From Phaeosaccion multiseriatum (taxonomy: Eukaryota; Protista; Ochrophyta, other classes): DNA of 64,000 nucleotides. The notes beneath the pieces are model-generated. The model did not search any database and was not told where the DNA came from. It worked only from the letters and a program-made list of their open reading frames with translations. The stretch spans positions 3,658,001-3,722,000 of the forward strand of contig OZ218951.1 in assembly GCA_965112735.1 (NCBI GenBank), read 5' to 3'. Shown here one piece after another: positions 25,312-39,255 of this stretch. The translations under genes and the position numbers were made by a program. Each line of letters opens with the position of its first letter. The stretch's first letter is position 1.

Positions 25312-28300
25312 CTATGCTTCGTCGCCTTGCGTCGCCTTGGTGAGTTGCGCAAGAATCTTCTGCTTCGTCGCCTTGTCCATGTCTCTCAGAGAGTTCAGCA
25401 GGCCAGAGAGGGCCGCTTCCGGGGCGTCTTTCACCATGCTTTCCATCTTGGCGGTCAGGCAAGAGGAGCGAAGCTGCTTCACTCGCTCGCCCACGCCAGA
25501 GTCAGCCAGCCAGCTCAACACAGCCTTGTCTTCCTTCCACGTCTCCTCACTCTTGCCCGAGGCCACAAACCACTCCTTTGCCAAAGCGCTCGCCTCCAGG
25601 GGCTTGGTCTCGGGGGAGGCCCTCATGATATCCTTGCGCAGGTCGAACTCGGCCAAGCGCCGGCGCAATCGCCAGTAGAAGAAGCTCCGCGCTGATACCC
25701 AGGGCACCTGTGTGTGGTGGGGTGAGAAATTGATATAGTGTGTATCCTGGAACGCAATCTAGAAGAGCACACAACAGCCATTTACCTCCTTCTCGATGAC
25801 TCCCACAGCCTGCATGCGGCCGGGGGTGTCGTGCAGGTCCGCGAACTGCACCGCCAGCTGCTGGTACACGCCCATGAGGCGCTTCTCTCGGGCCGCAATC
25901 TCGGAGAGCACCTTGCGTCTCTGCTGCGCGTCGAGGCGCTCACTGGCGGAGGCGTCGGGGTCGGAGCCTGCCGCCAGCACCGCGTCGAGCTTGCGCAGCT
26001 CGGGGTCTAGGCGATGCGCCGCAGCCACCATGTCCTTCGTGCGGAACTTGATGGAGGCCGCCCCGTTCGCCTCCAGCACACCACCCCGAGCATCGTTCGC
26101 AGCGTACATCTCCATCACCTCCGCGTTGATGGTGGAGTCCACCACCACCCAGGCACCACCCCTATTGGCAGGCGATGAAGGAACGCGTTGAGTGAATGAT
26201 GTGTTGGACTAACAAGGCACAAAACGTGCGACCACTGACCTCAGCTCTCCCCAGGGGGGGATGTACACAAAGCACGGCTGCTTGTAGGCTACAAGGGCGT
26301 CCACAATGTGGGCGCCAAACTTAAGAACTTCGTCGAACATGTCTCGCCCCCCGCCGCTGAAGCCGCGCCAGTTGGCAAACACCTGTGCACAGCGTAGAGA
26401 AGCGCACCATTTGAATTGTGAGACCTCCCATGCACACGGATCCAAAGAAAAACAAAGGCACGGCTCTTGCGTACATACCATCAGAGGAAGACCCTCCCTG
26501 TTGATGTCTCGGATAGCTTGCGCGGTCTTGTTGGCGCTGTCGGGGAACCACACGGCTCCAGCCTGCTGCACCACCTTCTCGTTGCTCGTCATGTCCGCGG
26601 GGTCGGCGGGGATCATCTTCTCTGCCAGGCGGTTCTCCGTGTAAATCACGCCCATGGGGATGCCGCCCAGCCTCGCGCGTCCGCATACCACCGTCTTGGC
26701 CCACCTTGTTGGCGCACGAAGATTGACCAAAAGTGGTTAGAGAAGGAAGCCGTCAAAGAGGCCCCACCCACTACACGGGAAAAGGGGGACTGAACTCACT
26801 CTGCGAGGCTCTCTGTGAAGGAGCCCTTGTCGAAGAAGCCGCTGGCCCACTCGCCCGTGAGCTCGTCCGTGAGCCCCGCCAGCAAGTGCCTGGGATCGTA
26901 TGTCTGACCCTGCTGGGGCTGCATCTCAATGCTGTTTTTGTTCAAATGAAGCAGGCGGCGGGGCGGTTTGTGTGTTAGGAGCAGGCACAGGCAGTCAAGA
27001 GGCCAAACAATACTTGTGTCGTTGCCTCACCTGCGCTCCACCATATCGGAGCCCGTAATGTCCATGACAGGCAGGATGCTGTTCTTGACGTTGGGTACGT
27101 AGCTAATCCAGCGCAGAGACGTGGTGATGGCCTCCATGTGATTGTCCACGAGGTGGTGCGACACGCCGTTGGGGCCCATGATGGCCGGGCCTCCCAGCTG
27201 GTCGTTGGAGATATACACCTGCAGAAGCGTGAAAGAGAGTTGTTTGGTGGGTCAGGGGGTGGGGGTGGCGGGGTCGTGTTTGGGGGAGAGTCACCACGTT
27301 CCCTCACCTCTCGCCCCATGAGTGTGTTGAGCGCCTGGTAGCCTGTGAGAATGATGGGCGAGGCCGTCCTCTTCTGGATGGTCCGCTGTCCCAAGCGCAC
27401 CAGATAGGCTCCAATCCCGACGGAGCGCCCCACCACGAGGGTGAGCGTGAACACGTCGTCATAGGCAAGGCTCGTCTCACCAGCGATGGTTCCAGAGCCC
27501 TGTAACAGTGTGAGTGAGAGCAACAGAGTGCAGCGTATTGTGAGAAGCGGAAATGAGACATGCTCCAAAGAGTCACTCACGCACCTGCAGATTCTCGACT
27601 CCCAGGTCGGGCTCGTCTCCCACAATGTCCAAGATCTTGTAGCGCGTGTCGCCCGTCTGCTCGTCCACCACCATCTCACAGTTCACGGCGTTCTTGGCAG
27701 CCAAGAAGGTGTAGTCTTCGGGAGTCAGGTACAGGTATTTGTACCCTACCGTCGGGTCCTCGGGGTTGGTCCACGCGATTTGGAACCTGTGGAGTGTGTA
27801 GTGACAAAGGATAGTAAAGTGAGTGAGGGAGTGCGCCGGCCAGGCAGTGCTCTTCCCTAGAAAGGGATGTACCTTTTCTTGACGCTGGCAGACATGCCGA
27901 TCCTGGCCCCTGAGTTGACAGACAGGTACACTCTGGGCAGCCCGTGCGCCCTGGAGAACTCACTGGCCAAGAGGAAGACCATGTCCTCCCGTGTACCGAA
28001 AGACCCCGCCTCGAAGGTAATGTCGTTGGCGATGACAACAACTTGGCGTCCGATGGGGTACTCCGGCGTTCGGAGAGTCACAAGCCAAGCCACCATACCC
28101 ACGTCGTTCTTGCCTGCAGGCCTGCTCTCCTTCTCTAGCACGAGGTCGCTCCTCTCACTTGCCTGCCACAGCTTGTCGACCCCACTGCTGTCTTTTACTG
28201 CGCCCCCCTTGCGCTTCACCACCAGCTCCACGGCATGCATCACACCCTGCGGCCTCACCACGGCGTCGTGGGGCCTCTGCAGCGCGTACTCGCTCCACTG

Positions 28301-31300
28301 CTCTTTCACGCCGGCCTCTATCAGCTCCAGCCAGTCGTACACAAAGAGTGTGTCACTCCTTGTCTGTGCCAGGAGCCTCTTCTGCTCGAAGGGCCGCGCC
28401 ACTGGATACGGGGCTACCACGCTCTTTCCCTCCCACTCTCCGTCGCTTCCCTCGGCTCCCCCGACAGTGCGAAACACGGTGAAAGTACCCTCTCGAACTT
28501 CGACGTAAGTGTTGATACGCACGACGTAGCCGGTCGGGTTGGTGGCGATGAGGCGGATGGGAACACTGGCACCACCCTCCTTGGACAAGCGGCACACAAC
28601 CTTGAGCTCAAAGTGCGACACTCCCAAGCGCGTAATCTTCTCCTGGAAGCGGAGCATGAGCTGTTTCATGTGAGCACCGACGGTGGCGGGCTCCACCACA
28701 TCATCCGGCACCAGCACGTTGATGAAGATGTGGTTGTTGGCCTGGGGCGCTGCCTTCTTGCCCTCCTGCACGTGGGCGCCCTGCTGCTCGTTTTGGGGGT
28801 GGGGGCAAAGAGTTTGAGCATACAACAAAGCTGGCACGAAGCACGCCTTCTCCGCCTCCAAAGCCTCACCTCTGCCTCGCTGACTGCGGCGTCAAGGCGG
28901 TTCAGGGCCTGCACAAACATCCTCTCCACGTAGTACTTCTTGCCGTCGCTCCCGCCGCCCCCAGCAGCGCGAGTCTCCTCCGGCACAGTCACCACTCGCG
29001 CAAAGTACCTCGGGAGGATGGGCCCCTTCAGGCCTGCCTTGTGCGCCTCACTGCGCTTCGGAACCGCCATGTACAGGTGCACATTCCCCCCTTGGTAGCG
29101 CATGGACGTACTCACGCGAATCGAAAAGTTGCTGAGCCGCGGCAAGTCCAGGCTGGAAGCGTAGGAAGGCTCAATGTGTCTGTGTGTGTGTATGTGAGGA
29201 GGCGAGGCAAGACACGCAACCAAGTTGAATGGCCAGCACTTTCTACACTCGAGACAATTGTCCGCCGCGAGGCATAGGAGAAACGCACACACGTGATATA
29301 CCTGAAGAGCACGTCCTCCTTGGCAAACTCCGTCCTGCTTCTGTACGTAAAGATGCCCGGGCTGTCTTGCGCAGTGCTGATGGGGATGACGACCGTAGCC
29401 CTGCGTACGTCTGCCTGGACGAGCTTGTCGCTCAGCCGCTCAAGGACGGCGGCAATCTTCTCGCCGCAAACGTCATCCTGGGAGGGACCCTCCGTCTCCC
29501 CCGCGTCCGCTGCGGGAGACTCTGTCGCGCCCAAGGGACTGAGGACTATAACGTGCAGGGCATTCACAGCGCCTGCAGCGCAGCGAGGTGCGCTCTTCGT
29601 GAACTGCGGAAAGTTCGACAGGACCTGAGCAGCAGAGGCAGAGCGAGAAGAAGCAGGGGGGGGGGGGGGAGTTCAGAAACAAAAGAGCTGCCGAGAAGAG
29701 GGTGGGGGCAAGTGGGCTTGCCAAGAATACTGCTTACCTGATCGAACTTCTCCTCCATCTCCTCCACACAGGACACGACCGCGAGCGCGCCGTATCTCGT
29801 CACATTGCTCGGTATAGAGCCGTATCCCGTCTCAGTGTCGCTCGTAGCCCCACCCCCCCCTGTCGTGCTGCCATCACTCTCCTCCCCTGAAGTGGCCGAC
29901 ACCGCCTGGCTGAGTGTGGAGAGGTCGGCAAAGCTCGTTGAACCGGACGTCGCCAGCCCCTCCGTTCGCTGCGTCAGGAAGGACCACTTGCTGCAGTTCA
30001 AGGCCGCCTCCGCCGAGCCTACACGAGGGAGGGGGGGGCGGCACGAGGGTGGGCGGACAGGATTAATAAACAAAGCTCATTTCTCCTTTCTTCCCAGACA
30101 ACTCCAGTCATTCATTTACCTTTGTCGCTCTGCTCGAAGGCAACGACCGCGTGGGTGCGGTACATGCTCCGGACGTAAATCTCGGCGGCCACGCTGACGG
30201 CGGTGCTGTCCTCTCCTCCAAACAGGCCCATCATTACGTCCTCCATGGGCGGCGCCTCCGCCAAGAACTCCTCCACGACTTCCATGCGAGCAGTGGCGTC
30301 TCCCGCCTCGCACCCCGCCTTGATGGCATCCTTGAGCTTCTGCCGCCGGGCCTCGATGGGAGGGGCGTCGTACAGGAACTGGATCTGGCGGGCTTTGGAG
30401 GCCACCACGCCGTACTTCTCGCCGGGCAGAGCGCCAATCTCAGCCAGGACCGGGAGGAAGGCGTTGAGGTCCACATTCGGCGAGGGGCTGGAGGGCGACT
30501 TGGACCTGAGCTGCATGGCGGCCGCATTGACGTCGTCCAGCAGCTCGGTGAGGAGGGCGTTCTTCATCTCAATGGCGGCGTGGCTACGGGCCATATCGTA
30601 CACGGCGGACAGCTGCCCGCTGTTAGTCTTGCGCAGCACGGCCAGGGCGTTCTCGATGCCTGTGCCTGTGAAGGCCCGCTCCACTTCCAGGTACTGCCCG
30701 ACAAGAGAGGGACAATGGAGTACATCAGTGCCCCGCAAGAGTGTGTCAGCAGCAGAGGAGCGGGCAAGAACATGGTGGGGCGGTACACACGGCAATGACA
30801 GCGACCTTCGTACCTGTTGCAGCAAGTTGAGCAGCAAGAACACCGTCCTGCCCACCACTCCGTGCACGTACTGCTCGGTGATGAGCTTGACGCTGTCCAC
30901 CATCACGAAGAATGCCGCTCGGTCCCTCTCGGCCAGCTTGAGGCCGTGCTCGTGCAGGAGAGGCAGGATCTTGTCCGCAGGGAACTCCTTCGCGCTCCCC
31001 TCCCCTACTCCTGCCCGGTACGCGTCCGCAAGCGCCTTTGATCCAGGATAGCAGTAGCAACCACAACAACAACGATAACAACAACAACGACGTGTGGAGA
31101 TGAGCTTGGCGGTGTACGGATAGCGTGCAGTGGTGCGTCAGTCAGTCGAGTCGCCTCACCTTCAACTGCTCGTATAGGTCCATATCCAGGCGGCCTGCCA
31201 GTACGGCCAGGGCCTCCGTGAACTCGTTGAGGGGCAGCAAGGGGTCCGCGACGGCTTGCTTTAGGTCCTCCATCGACTGAAGTGGGTGAAGAAGAGGGGA

Positions 31301-34300
31301 ATAAAACTGGAGTCAGCGCCTCGTCAAGAATCTCGCTACAATCATCTCATGGTTGACCGAACCTTTTGAAAGATGTCCAAGGGAATGTTGTAGCCCCACA
31401 AGACCATTTCCAATACGCTGGTAGCCTTCCTCAAGGCGACGTGTGGCCTGTCGGTAGGGGCGACACTCATGGCAGAGTCGGTGCGATTCATCCTGCGCGA
31501 TGCCGTCACCGTCTCCTCCGCTGCGGTGCTGAGCATGCCGGTGAAGAGCTCTGCCTTGGTTACTGCGCTGGAATCGTCCAAGTCGAGCACGGCGAGCTTG
31601 TCGCCAGGCGCGAGGGACGCTCCCTCTTGCATCTGCCAGTGCACGGTGCCCGCCTCGGACACAGTAAGGGACATGTACATCTTCATCACCTCCACTTCCG
31701 CGTAGGGCTCGCCCTTTTGCAAGTGAGCTCCCTCCGGCACGAGCTGACGAACAAATTTACCTGCACCAAGCCCCCCCCCCCCCCCGGGGGTCAAACAGAA
31801 GGAAATAAAGAGGAGAGTGTGAGGAGGGATGGCTCATGCAAGAAAGCAAGTCAAACGTGTCTGTGTGTGTGTGAAGAAACAGGACGGGCCCACCCACCAG
31901 CGACTTCCGCCTCGAGGTTGGTGGGGTCGTACTCCTTGGTGAAGATGCACGTGTTGCCGTTGATGACGAGGCGCAGCCCTGTCGTCTCCATCTTGGCGTA
32001 CGCCACCTGTGTGTCGCGTTGTGTCATGTAGGGGACAAATGGAGCGGTCAGAGCGCTCCCCGCTGCGCCGAGCCAGTCCCACACGGGCTGTCTGTGGTAG
32101 CGGTACCGTACCGTACCGTACCGTAACGTACCCTACCTGGCTCTTGCCATTAACAACGACCAAGTATCCTCCATCTGCCAGACTGCGACACTCCGCCTGA
32201 ACATAGCCTTCGTTGCACTGGAGAAATGGGAATGGATCCAGATTTAGTCGAAGTAGTAGGCAGGTCGGAGGTAGAGTTTGAGTGTGGTCTACAAATTGAT
32301 ACCTGGACAGCAAAGGTCTTGGGGCCGCACTGCGCGACGAGCACGAGGTACTTGGTACCCTCGTAGATGAGCTCCACGTCCTGCGAGGTTCTGCACGGCG
32401 CGCACGAGCAGGAAAAAGACTTAACAGCAGTGCTTTCCCAACAGCTGCACAACAGAGCTGCACGAGACAACAAAGGCCATACTTACTTGGTGAGCTCCTT
32501 GGGAGGGGTCAGGCCCTTCTCCAGCATTTCGCAGAACAGCTCGCTGCGGCGCGAGGCCTCCTGGTAGGCCATGACAATGCTACCCACGGTCACCACCAGG
32601 CCGCTGTCCAGCTGCGTGCGCTGCACTCCGATCATGCCCTCCTTCGACTCAGCGATACGGGCGTCCAACCTGCGCGGGGCAAGGAGGGAGGAGAATGCTC
32701 CATGAGTGAACAAGGTGGCACCGATTCACAAAGCAGAGTAATGTAATCCTTACCACGCGGTGTTGATGTTGTTGTTCATGAAGTCCTCCGTACCCATCAT
32801 GTCTACGATATACTCCACAGTGGTGCGAATGTCGCCGCGAATGGACAGCTCCTTCAGAGCGATGGTCATGTTTTTCCGCGCAGCCTGACATTTTGGACGG
32901 GATGCATGACACATGTGTAGAGTAGGGAGGGTGAGACATGGCACACTTGTCTGCAGTCACGGTACCGGTGGGTTCGTCTCGGTCTCTGTACCTCTCGGTC
33001 GGCTCCGTTGGCGAATAAATGCCCAAACTGTGAGTCGGCAAACTCGTGCACAAGACCGCTGGAGTCGACCGAGAAGTAGCCTTATTCACAACAGAAGAGA
33101 AAGCAGATGAAGGGGGTGAGGTCGAGGGGGACAAGACACGGACTGTTCTTCCGTCAAGCGATGGCACTCACCCCACACATCGGGGGTTGACCGAAAGTTG
33201 ATCTCTTGGATGTTTCCGCTGGTAGGCTGAAAGCCAAGATCCGGGTTTTCTGCCGTGATACGCACAGCAATGCAGTGATTCTGAGGAGCAACCTGATGGG
33301 ACACGAAAGAGACAGCAAATGAGCCAGCCGTGTCAGCCGTGTGGTAACAGTTGAGCTCGCCATGTGTCTCCTTCGCTTTGGACGTGGGTGGACAATCAAT
33401 CGAAGATTTCGGACCTGCTCCTCGTCGTCGAAGTTGATGTCCCCGGTGTCGTCTGGGTCACGGCCGTAGAGCCTGCGAACGTCCGGCATGTTCTGCAGAG
33501 GGATGCCCATGGCCACCTGCAGCTGTGCGGCGGGCAGGTTCACCTTGGTGATCATCTCCGTCACCGGATGCTCCACCTGTGTTTACGCAAGGCAGGCAAG
33601 GACTCGTCAGCACAGCACCGGCACGGACGGAAGGAAGAAGCGGAAGCTGACAGCGTACACGCACCTGTAGCCGCGGGTTGAGCTCGAGGAAGAAGAAGCC
33701 TTCAGCGGTAAAGAGGTACTCAACAGTGCCCGCGTTAACGTAGCCCACTTCTTTGGCCAACCCAATTGCCGCCTTCTCCATCTCTCGCCATACTTTAGGC
33801 GGGGCCTGGACAGGTCAAGAAAAGAGGCGAGGGGGGAATGTTCAAAACAGAAAGAGCCTCGGCCACCCTCCTCTTCCCATACACTGGTTCTCACCGCCAG
33901 AGGGGGGCCCTCCTCCACGATCTTTTGGTGCCTTCTCTGCACCGAGCAGTCCCTTCCGTTGAGGGCAATGGCCTCGCCGTACTGGTCGGCAAGGAGCTGC
34001 ACTTCCAAGTGACGGCTCTCTCCTGCGAGCTTCATGACGAAGATGGGGGATCCCGGCACTTCGCTGGCAACCTGGCGATGCGCCGTTACCACCTGTGACC
34101 TCTCAAGCACCTTGCGGATGCCCTTGCCCCCGCCGCCTTCTGAAGCCTGAGCAGGGGGGAAAGTAGGAGTGGAGTGTCAATGACTGATCAAACTCCGGTT
34201 TTCGACGCTGTGCACAAGACGTGAAATGAAACGAACCTTGATCATGACGGGGAAGCCGATGCGGTCGCACACTTCCAAAGCCTTCTCCGACGTGTTGACG

Positions 34301-35662
34301 CTGGCCTGGGCGTAGACCTACAAGGCAGCCAGGGGCTGCAAAGTTCAGAGCGGGGCCAAGGACATAGTCTTTGACCACTGTACTTTACTTACATCGGGGG
34401 GGATTTGTCCACCATCCTTGTACGAGCACTTGAGGCCATCCCCATTCCATGAGATACACGGCACTCCTGCGCTCTGGGCGATAATGGTGGATCCGATCTT
34501 GTCGCCCAGGGCCTGGGTGAGCGAGAGAGAGAGAGAGGGCGGCCAGCAACCCCAAATAAATCAGTCTCCCTTGATGTTTCGACGGGGCCGGGCCGCTGCT
34601 GCTCATCTACCTGCATCGGTGCCCCGGGAGGCCCAATGAACTGGATGTTTCTCGAGGTTGCGGCCAAGCTGTTGGGCAAGAGAGGGTTTTCGGATGCGTG
34701 TCCCCAGCCGGCCCACACGGCATCCACGTTCCAGCGCTCGGCAATCTCCACGATGAGCATGACGTTGGCGTAGTTATTGTTGTTACTACCTCCAGGAACA
34801 TCGACTGCACAGGGGAAGAGGGGGGGGGGAGGGACACAGCAGCACGAGGGTTAGCAGCAGCAGCGGGCCAAGGCCAAAGGAATTGCGCGGCGCTGTCCGC
34901 TGTGGGTGGGGACGAGCCACCTACCAATCTCGTCAGCCATGCGAATGTACTCCGCGTTGGCCCTCATGTCTTCGGGTGTGGCCATGACGACGAACTGTAT
35001 AGCTCGCTCATTTCCCACGGTCTCGTAGGCGAAGCGCCTAGGGAAGGAGAGCGGCGGGAGGGAGTTAGAGGGAAACGCACAATAAAAAAGGCAAACCCGT
35101 ACGACGAGCCCTTACCGGATTGATCTGATGCATTTGACGGCCCCTACCACGAGACGACAAGAGAACAGCAAAAAGAAGTTGAGAGAGAGCCGGTATAATG
35201 ATCAGATAAATTTATTACATCCTACCACCCAAAAACCTAACAGCCAATTCAGTGCATACACATTGCCCCCCTCTCACCTATACCATTGTTCGCGACGAGC
35301 ACCTACACGTGTGGGAGGCAGGGACAGCAAGGGGCAAAGGCAAAGGCAAAACGAGTTTAAGCTGTTTGCTGAGAGGACAGTTTCATGGGGGGCGCAAGCC
35401 AGCGACTAGACACGACAGGCTTGCCACAGGCAAGGCCGGAAGGCCCATACAGCGTGAAGCATGCAGAAGGCAGAGTGACGGCGAGGCAGGTACCCTTCCA
35501 AACAATCATGCGGCAGGGCGGTTCTCTTGCTGCGTAACACCAAGATGAAGACAAGGGTCGAGAGAGGGTCCAGGGAAAAGAGACACGTATGCACTCATGT
35601 GCGATTTCCCCCACCTTGCGGATGACGCGTGTGCCACCTCGGCTTTTCACGAACTCCTCCAT
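25312..35662 (-). CDS. ACC1: Homomeric acetyl-CoA carboxylase, cytosolic type, about 30 exons
   Basis: Biotin carboxylase ([38 protein letters not shown]), biotinylation motif EVMKM and carboxyltransferase ([28 protein letters not shown]). No targeting peptide. Confidence 0.95.
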
Positions 35663-35999
35663 GGTGGTTGTGGTTGCTGTCGTTGTTTCTGCTTTGCCCT
35701 GGCAGCCCCTGCTGCTGCGCGCCCCTTTTATTCAGACCGTATCGTCGAGCGAATTCTGAACTGTATCACCAACGGGCGATCCTGTGATTATAAGGGTTTT
35801 TTTTTCTTGTTTTTTTCCCCTTCTTTCTCTTTTCTACTACAGCTCTACAAACTATTCGAACAAAGCTCTCCTGCTGCTGCTGCTACATCCGCTCCCACCG
35901 CCTTCTCCACCCCTCCCTCTGCGACTGCGAGCCACGTGCGACGCCGCAGAGCCCACGTAAACCATACAAAAGGTGCAGACGGAAAATGGCCGCTCCTCG

Positions 36000-37249
36000 T
36001 CACCGCGATTTGGACGCGCCTTCGCTGAACACGTTTTGCAAGACGTGCTGGGCAAGTTTGCCGTTCTGGAAAGGCGTCTCCTGCTTGAAGGCTCGGACGG
36101 TAGGCTTGGAGGTTCCCTTGCGAGCCTCCATGGCAGCGAAGGCCTTCTGCTTGTCCACCATGTCCAGGTACTGCGAGTTCTCCCTGCGGGCAGAAGGGAC
36201 GGACGTGTGAACAAACGTATGTTTCCGATGGTTGGCATTCCTGCCTGCCTCGTTTAGTCTTACCTCTTGGCCTGCATTGTTTCTAAGCGCACCCTTTGCT
36301 CCCGAACTCTCCGATCATTGGCCACCTTCTCTGTGAGGTGCTCCCAAAGGAAGTGTTTCAGGTACTTGAGATTCCAGATATCCTCCCTGTAGAAAGACCG
36401 CTTTTTCCCTCCTATGGACCGGTTGTTCAGGGACTCGGCGACGCGCTTTGCGATCTTCTTGTCCTCGAATTCAATCCATCCCTCCTTTGGGGGGCACGGG
36501 GGTGGGCATGACACAAACATTCGTGGTCAGGATATCTCGCAAGGCCCCACATGAGCAGTCCAAGACAGCACCCACACCCACGCTGCTACGGACCGGGACA
36601 AGCTCTCACCTTGAACGTTTTGTTGGGCTTGCCGCTCCCCTTCGCCCCCACGGACTTGCGTTTTACCGCGGCACCACTCTGGGCCAAGAAGATTCGAGTA
36701 ATGGCTCCGTACTGGCCAAGCAAATGCTTCACCTTCGCTGGCTGCTCGACAAAAAACAGTCACGTTTCAACGAATTGATGAGCCCCGAGCCGCGGAGGAC
36801 GGAGAAGGGCCCCACCCTCACAGACTCACCTTCATGTGTGGAGGTATCCTACTCATGTACACCACCCCTCTTCGCTTGAGCAGCGCGTTGAAGTCGCTGA
36901 CATCCTCATCAAGCTTCAAGGGCCGCTTAACCTTGCGTGGCCTACTCCAGCTACCGCTCTCCTCCGCCTCTTCACCGTTGCTGGTATGTCCACTCTCACT
37001 TCCTGCCTCTTCCTCCTCCTCCTCCTTCTCCTCCTCCTCATCCTCTTCCCCCTCCTCCTCCCCCTCCCCCCCCTCCTCCCCCTCCTCCTCCTCCTCCTCC
37101 TCCTCCTCCTCCTCCTCCTCCTCCTCCTCCTGCTGCTGCTGCTGATGCTGCAGCTTCTCGTGCTCCTGCTTCCGCCTGTGCTCCCGATTACGCTTTCTTA
37201 TTGGTACTATTGCTGCTGTAGCCACCCCTGCTGGTGTTGTTGTCGTCAT
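36000..37249 (-). CDS. ABT1: Pre-rRNA processing factor ESF2/ABT1
   Basis: GVVYMSRIPPHM, EGWIEFEDKKIAKRVAESLNN..IGGKKRS and DIWNLKYL..F.WEHL. The N-terminus contains polyE. Confidence 0.92.
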
Positions 37250-37452
37250 TGGGATACTGTTTCGAACACCTACACAAGACCAACCAAACAAGGAGAAAAT
37301 AAAGAAAAAGGGGAAACCCAGTTTTAGTTTCAGCTTGAGAGCGCAGAGCACGGACGGTGAAAGATTTCACGATTTGAAAGGAAGAAGAAGAATAGGGGGG
37401 AGAGAAAGACTAAAAAGGAGGCCAGCTAGAGCAAAGGAAGACACTTTTCAAA

Positions 37453-38970
37453 ATGGAGCTGGATGCCGAGAAAGGGGTGCGTAAAGAGGGGGTGGCCTTG
37501 GGAACTGACCGGGCCGCCCCTCACAACTGGGTGTTCTCTCCGATATTGTCCCTATCTAACAAACATGAGGCTTCGTCCGGCCACTCCCTGTTTCCCACAG
37601 CTGTCAATGTCGCTTGACGCGATCATTGGTGAGCGCAAGACGTCCTCGCGACCAGCCTCGCGACCGGCTTCACGACCTGGCCAGGGAGCCAGTCGCGGGC
37701 GGGGTCAGCGGCAGGCGGCCGCGGCCCCCTATAGGAAGTCTAGGGAAGGGCTTAACACGCAAGCGAGGGGCGGGGGCGGTGGTGGGAACAGAGTCTTTGT
37801 GGGAAACCTCAGCTGGGACTGTACGTGGCAACTGCTCAAAGATCACATGCGAAATGCGGGTGAAGTAGTGCACGCTAAGGTGCTTGAAGGCCAGGACGGA
37901 AGGTCGAAGGGGGCTGGCCTCGTGGAGTACGCGACTGCGCGGGAGGCGCGGAACGCCATTAATACGCTCACCGACACCTCTCTGAAGGGCAGGTACGCAG
38001 GAGCCACTTCCGACTCTGCTCAAGGCCTCTGCTGCTGCTTCTGACGCTTGAGTCCCTGACCCCCCGCCCCCCCCCTCTCTTCTCCATCTCTCCCACTCAA
38101 ACACACGAACCCCAAAGGCTGATATTCTGCAGAGAGGACAGGGAGGCGGGCTCGGGCCCACACGGCCAAAGCCCAGGAGGAGGTGGGGGAGCTGGAGTGT
38201 ATGTTGGCAATCTCTCGTGGGACGTCTCGTGGCAGGTCCTTAAAGACCACATGCGGACTGTGGGGAACGTGATTCGTGCCGACGTGATGCTGGAGCCGGA
38301 CGGCAAAAGCAAGGGGTGTGGGCTCGTCGTATACGCCACCCCTGCCGAGGCGAGGAGAGCCATCAACACGCTCACAGATACGAACCTGAACGGCAGGTAC
38401 GCAGAAGCCCTTAGCTTTTCAGCATTGGTGCTTGGTGGGGCTCTCTCGGGTCTAATCGTCGCGACTCTCGCTCCATCTTTACCCTTTCCCCTTCCGTTTC
38501 GCTCGGTATCTCTTCTCCGTCGAAAGGCCCATTTTTGTGAGGGAAGATAGGGAGGTCGGCAACAAGGGGGTTGCGAGAAGGGCAGACGGAGGCCGCGGAC
38601 AGACCTTCGGAAATCAAGCCCAAAGTGCCCTAGGGAGACAGGTAAGGATAGTGGCTGCCAGCGCCACTTGTTTGGTTGTAAAAGCTTGTCCGAGGCCAGC
38701 TCCTTTGATGCCTATTTCCCTCTCTCCTGTCAGGTGTACGTTGGAAACCTGGCGTACTCGAGCACATGGCAGACGGTGAAGGATCATTTGCGCACGTGCG
38801 GAGACGTGCAGTACGTGGAGATCCCTGAGGACGGGAAGGGAAGAAGTGCCGGGTATGCCATCGTGCGCTTCGCGGAGGCTTCAGCAGCGGATCAGGCAAT
38901 AGCCACATTGAATGACACCGAACTCAACGGCCGCCTCATTTTCGTTCGGGAAGACAGAGAGGCGAAATGA
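37453..38970 (+). CDS. Three-RRM RNA/G-strand-binding protein (GBP2/hnRNP-M-like)
   Basis: LSMSLDAII N-terminal motif, then three repeats of VYVGNL..W..LKDH.R..G.V...GRSKG.G.V...GR.IFVREDRE. Confidence 0.88.
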
Positions 38971-39255
38971 AGATTTGAGGCCTGATCGTTTTCGTCAGCT
39001 TTCCCCTTTCTCACCCGGGGAAGGACTTTGCAGCGCGGGGAGGAGGGGAGGAAGGCTTTGGACTTGACAGAGCGGAGGAAGCACCTCTCCACAGCCCTTC
39101 CTTGACAATTATTGTGTCTCCGTGGTCATAATAATGGATATGTAGTTTCTCATAAGGAGTAAGGAGCTCTAAACTGCTGCCCGCGAGAGCGCCTGAAGGA
39201 AAAGGGGGAAGAGCGGCTACAGAGCAAGCAGCCTACGCCAGGTGTGTTTCCGAAT

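Noticed and set aside
27867-31051. Long plus-strand ORFs (e.g. 27867-28508, 30203-31051)
   Set aside because: They are antisense shadows of GC3-rich ACCase exons.
37000-37150. (TCC)n and (TGC)n tracts, also at 21730 and 42540
   Set aside because: These are ordinary coding polyE/polyQ microsatellites.
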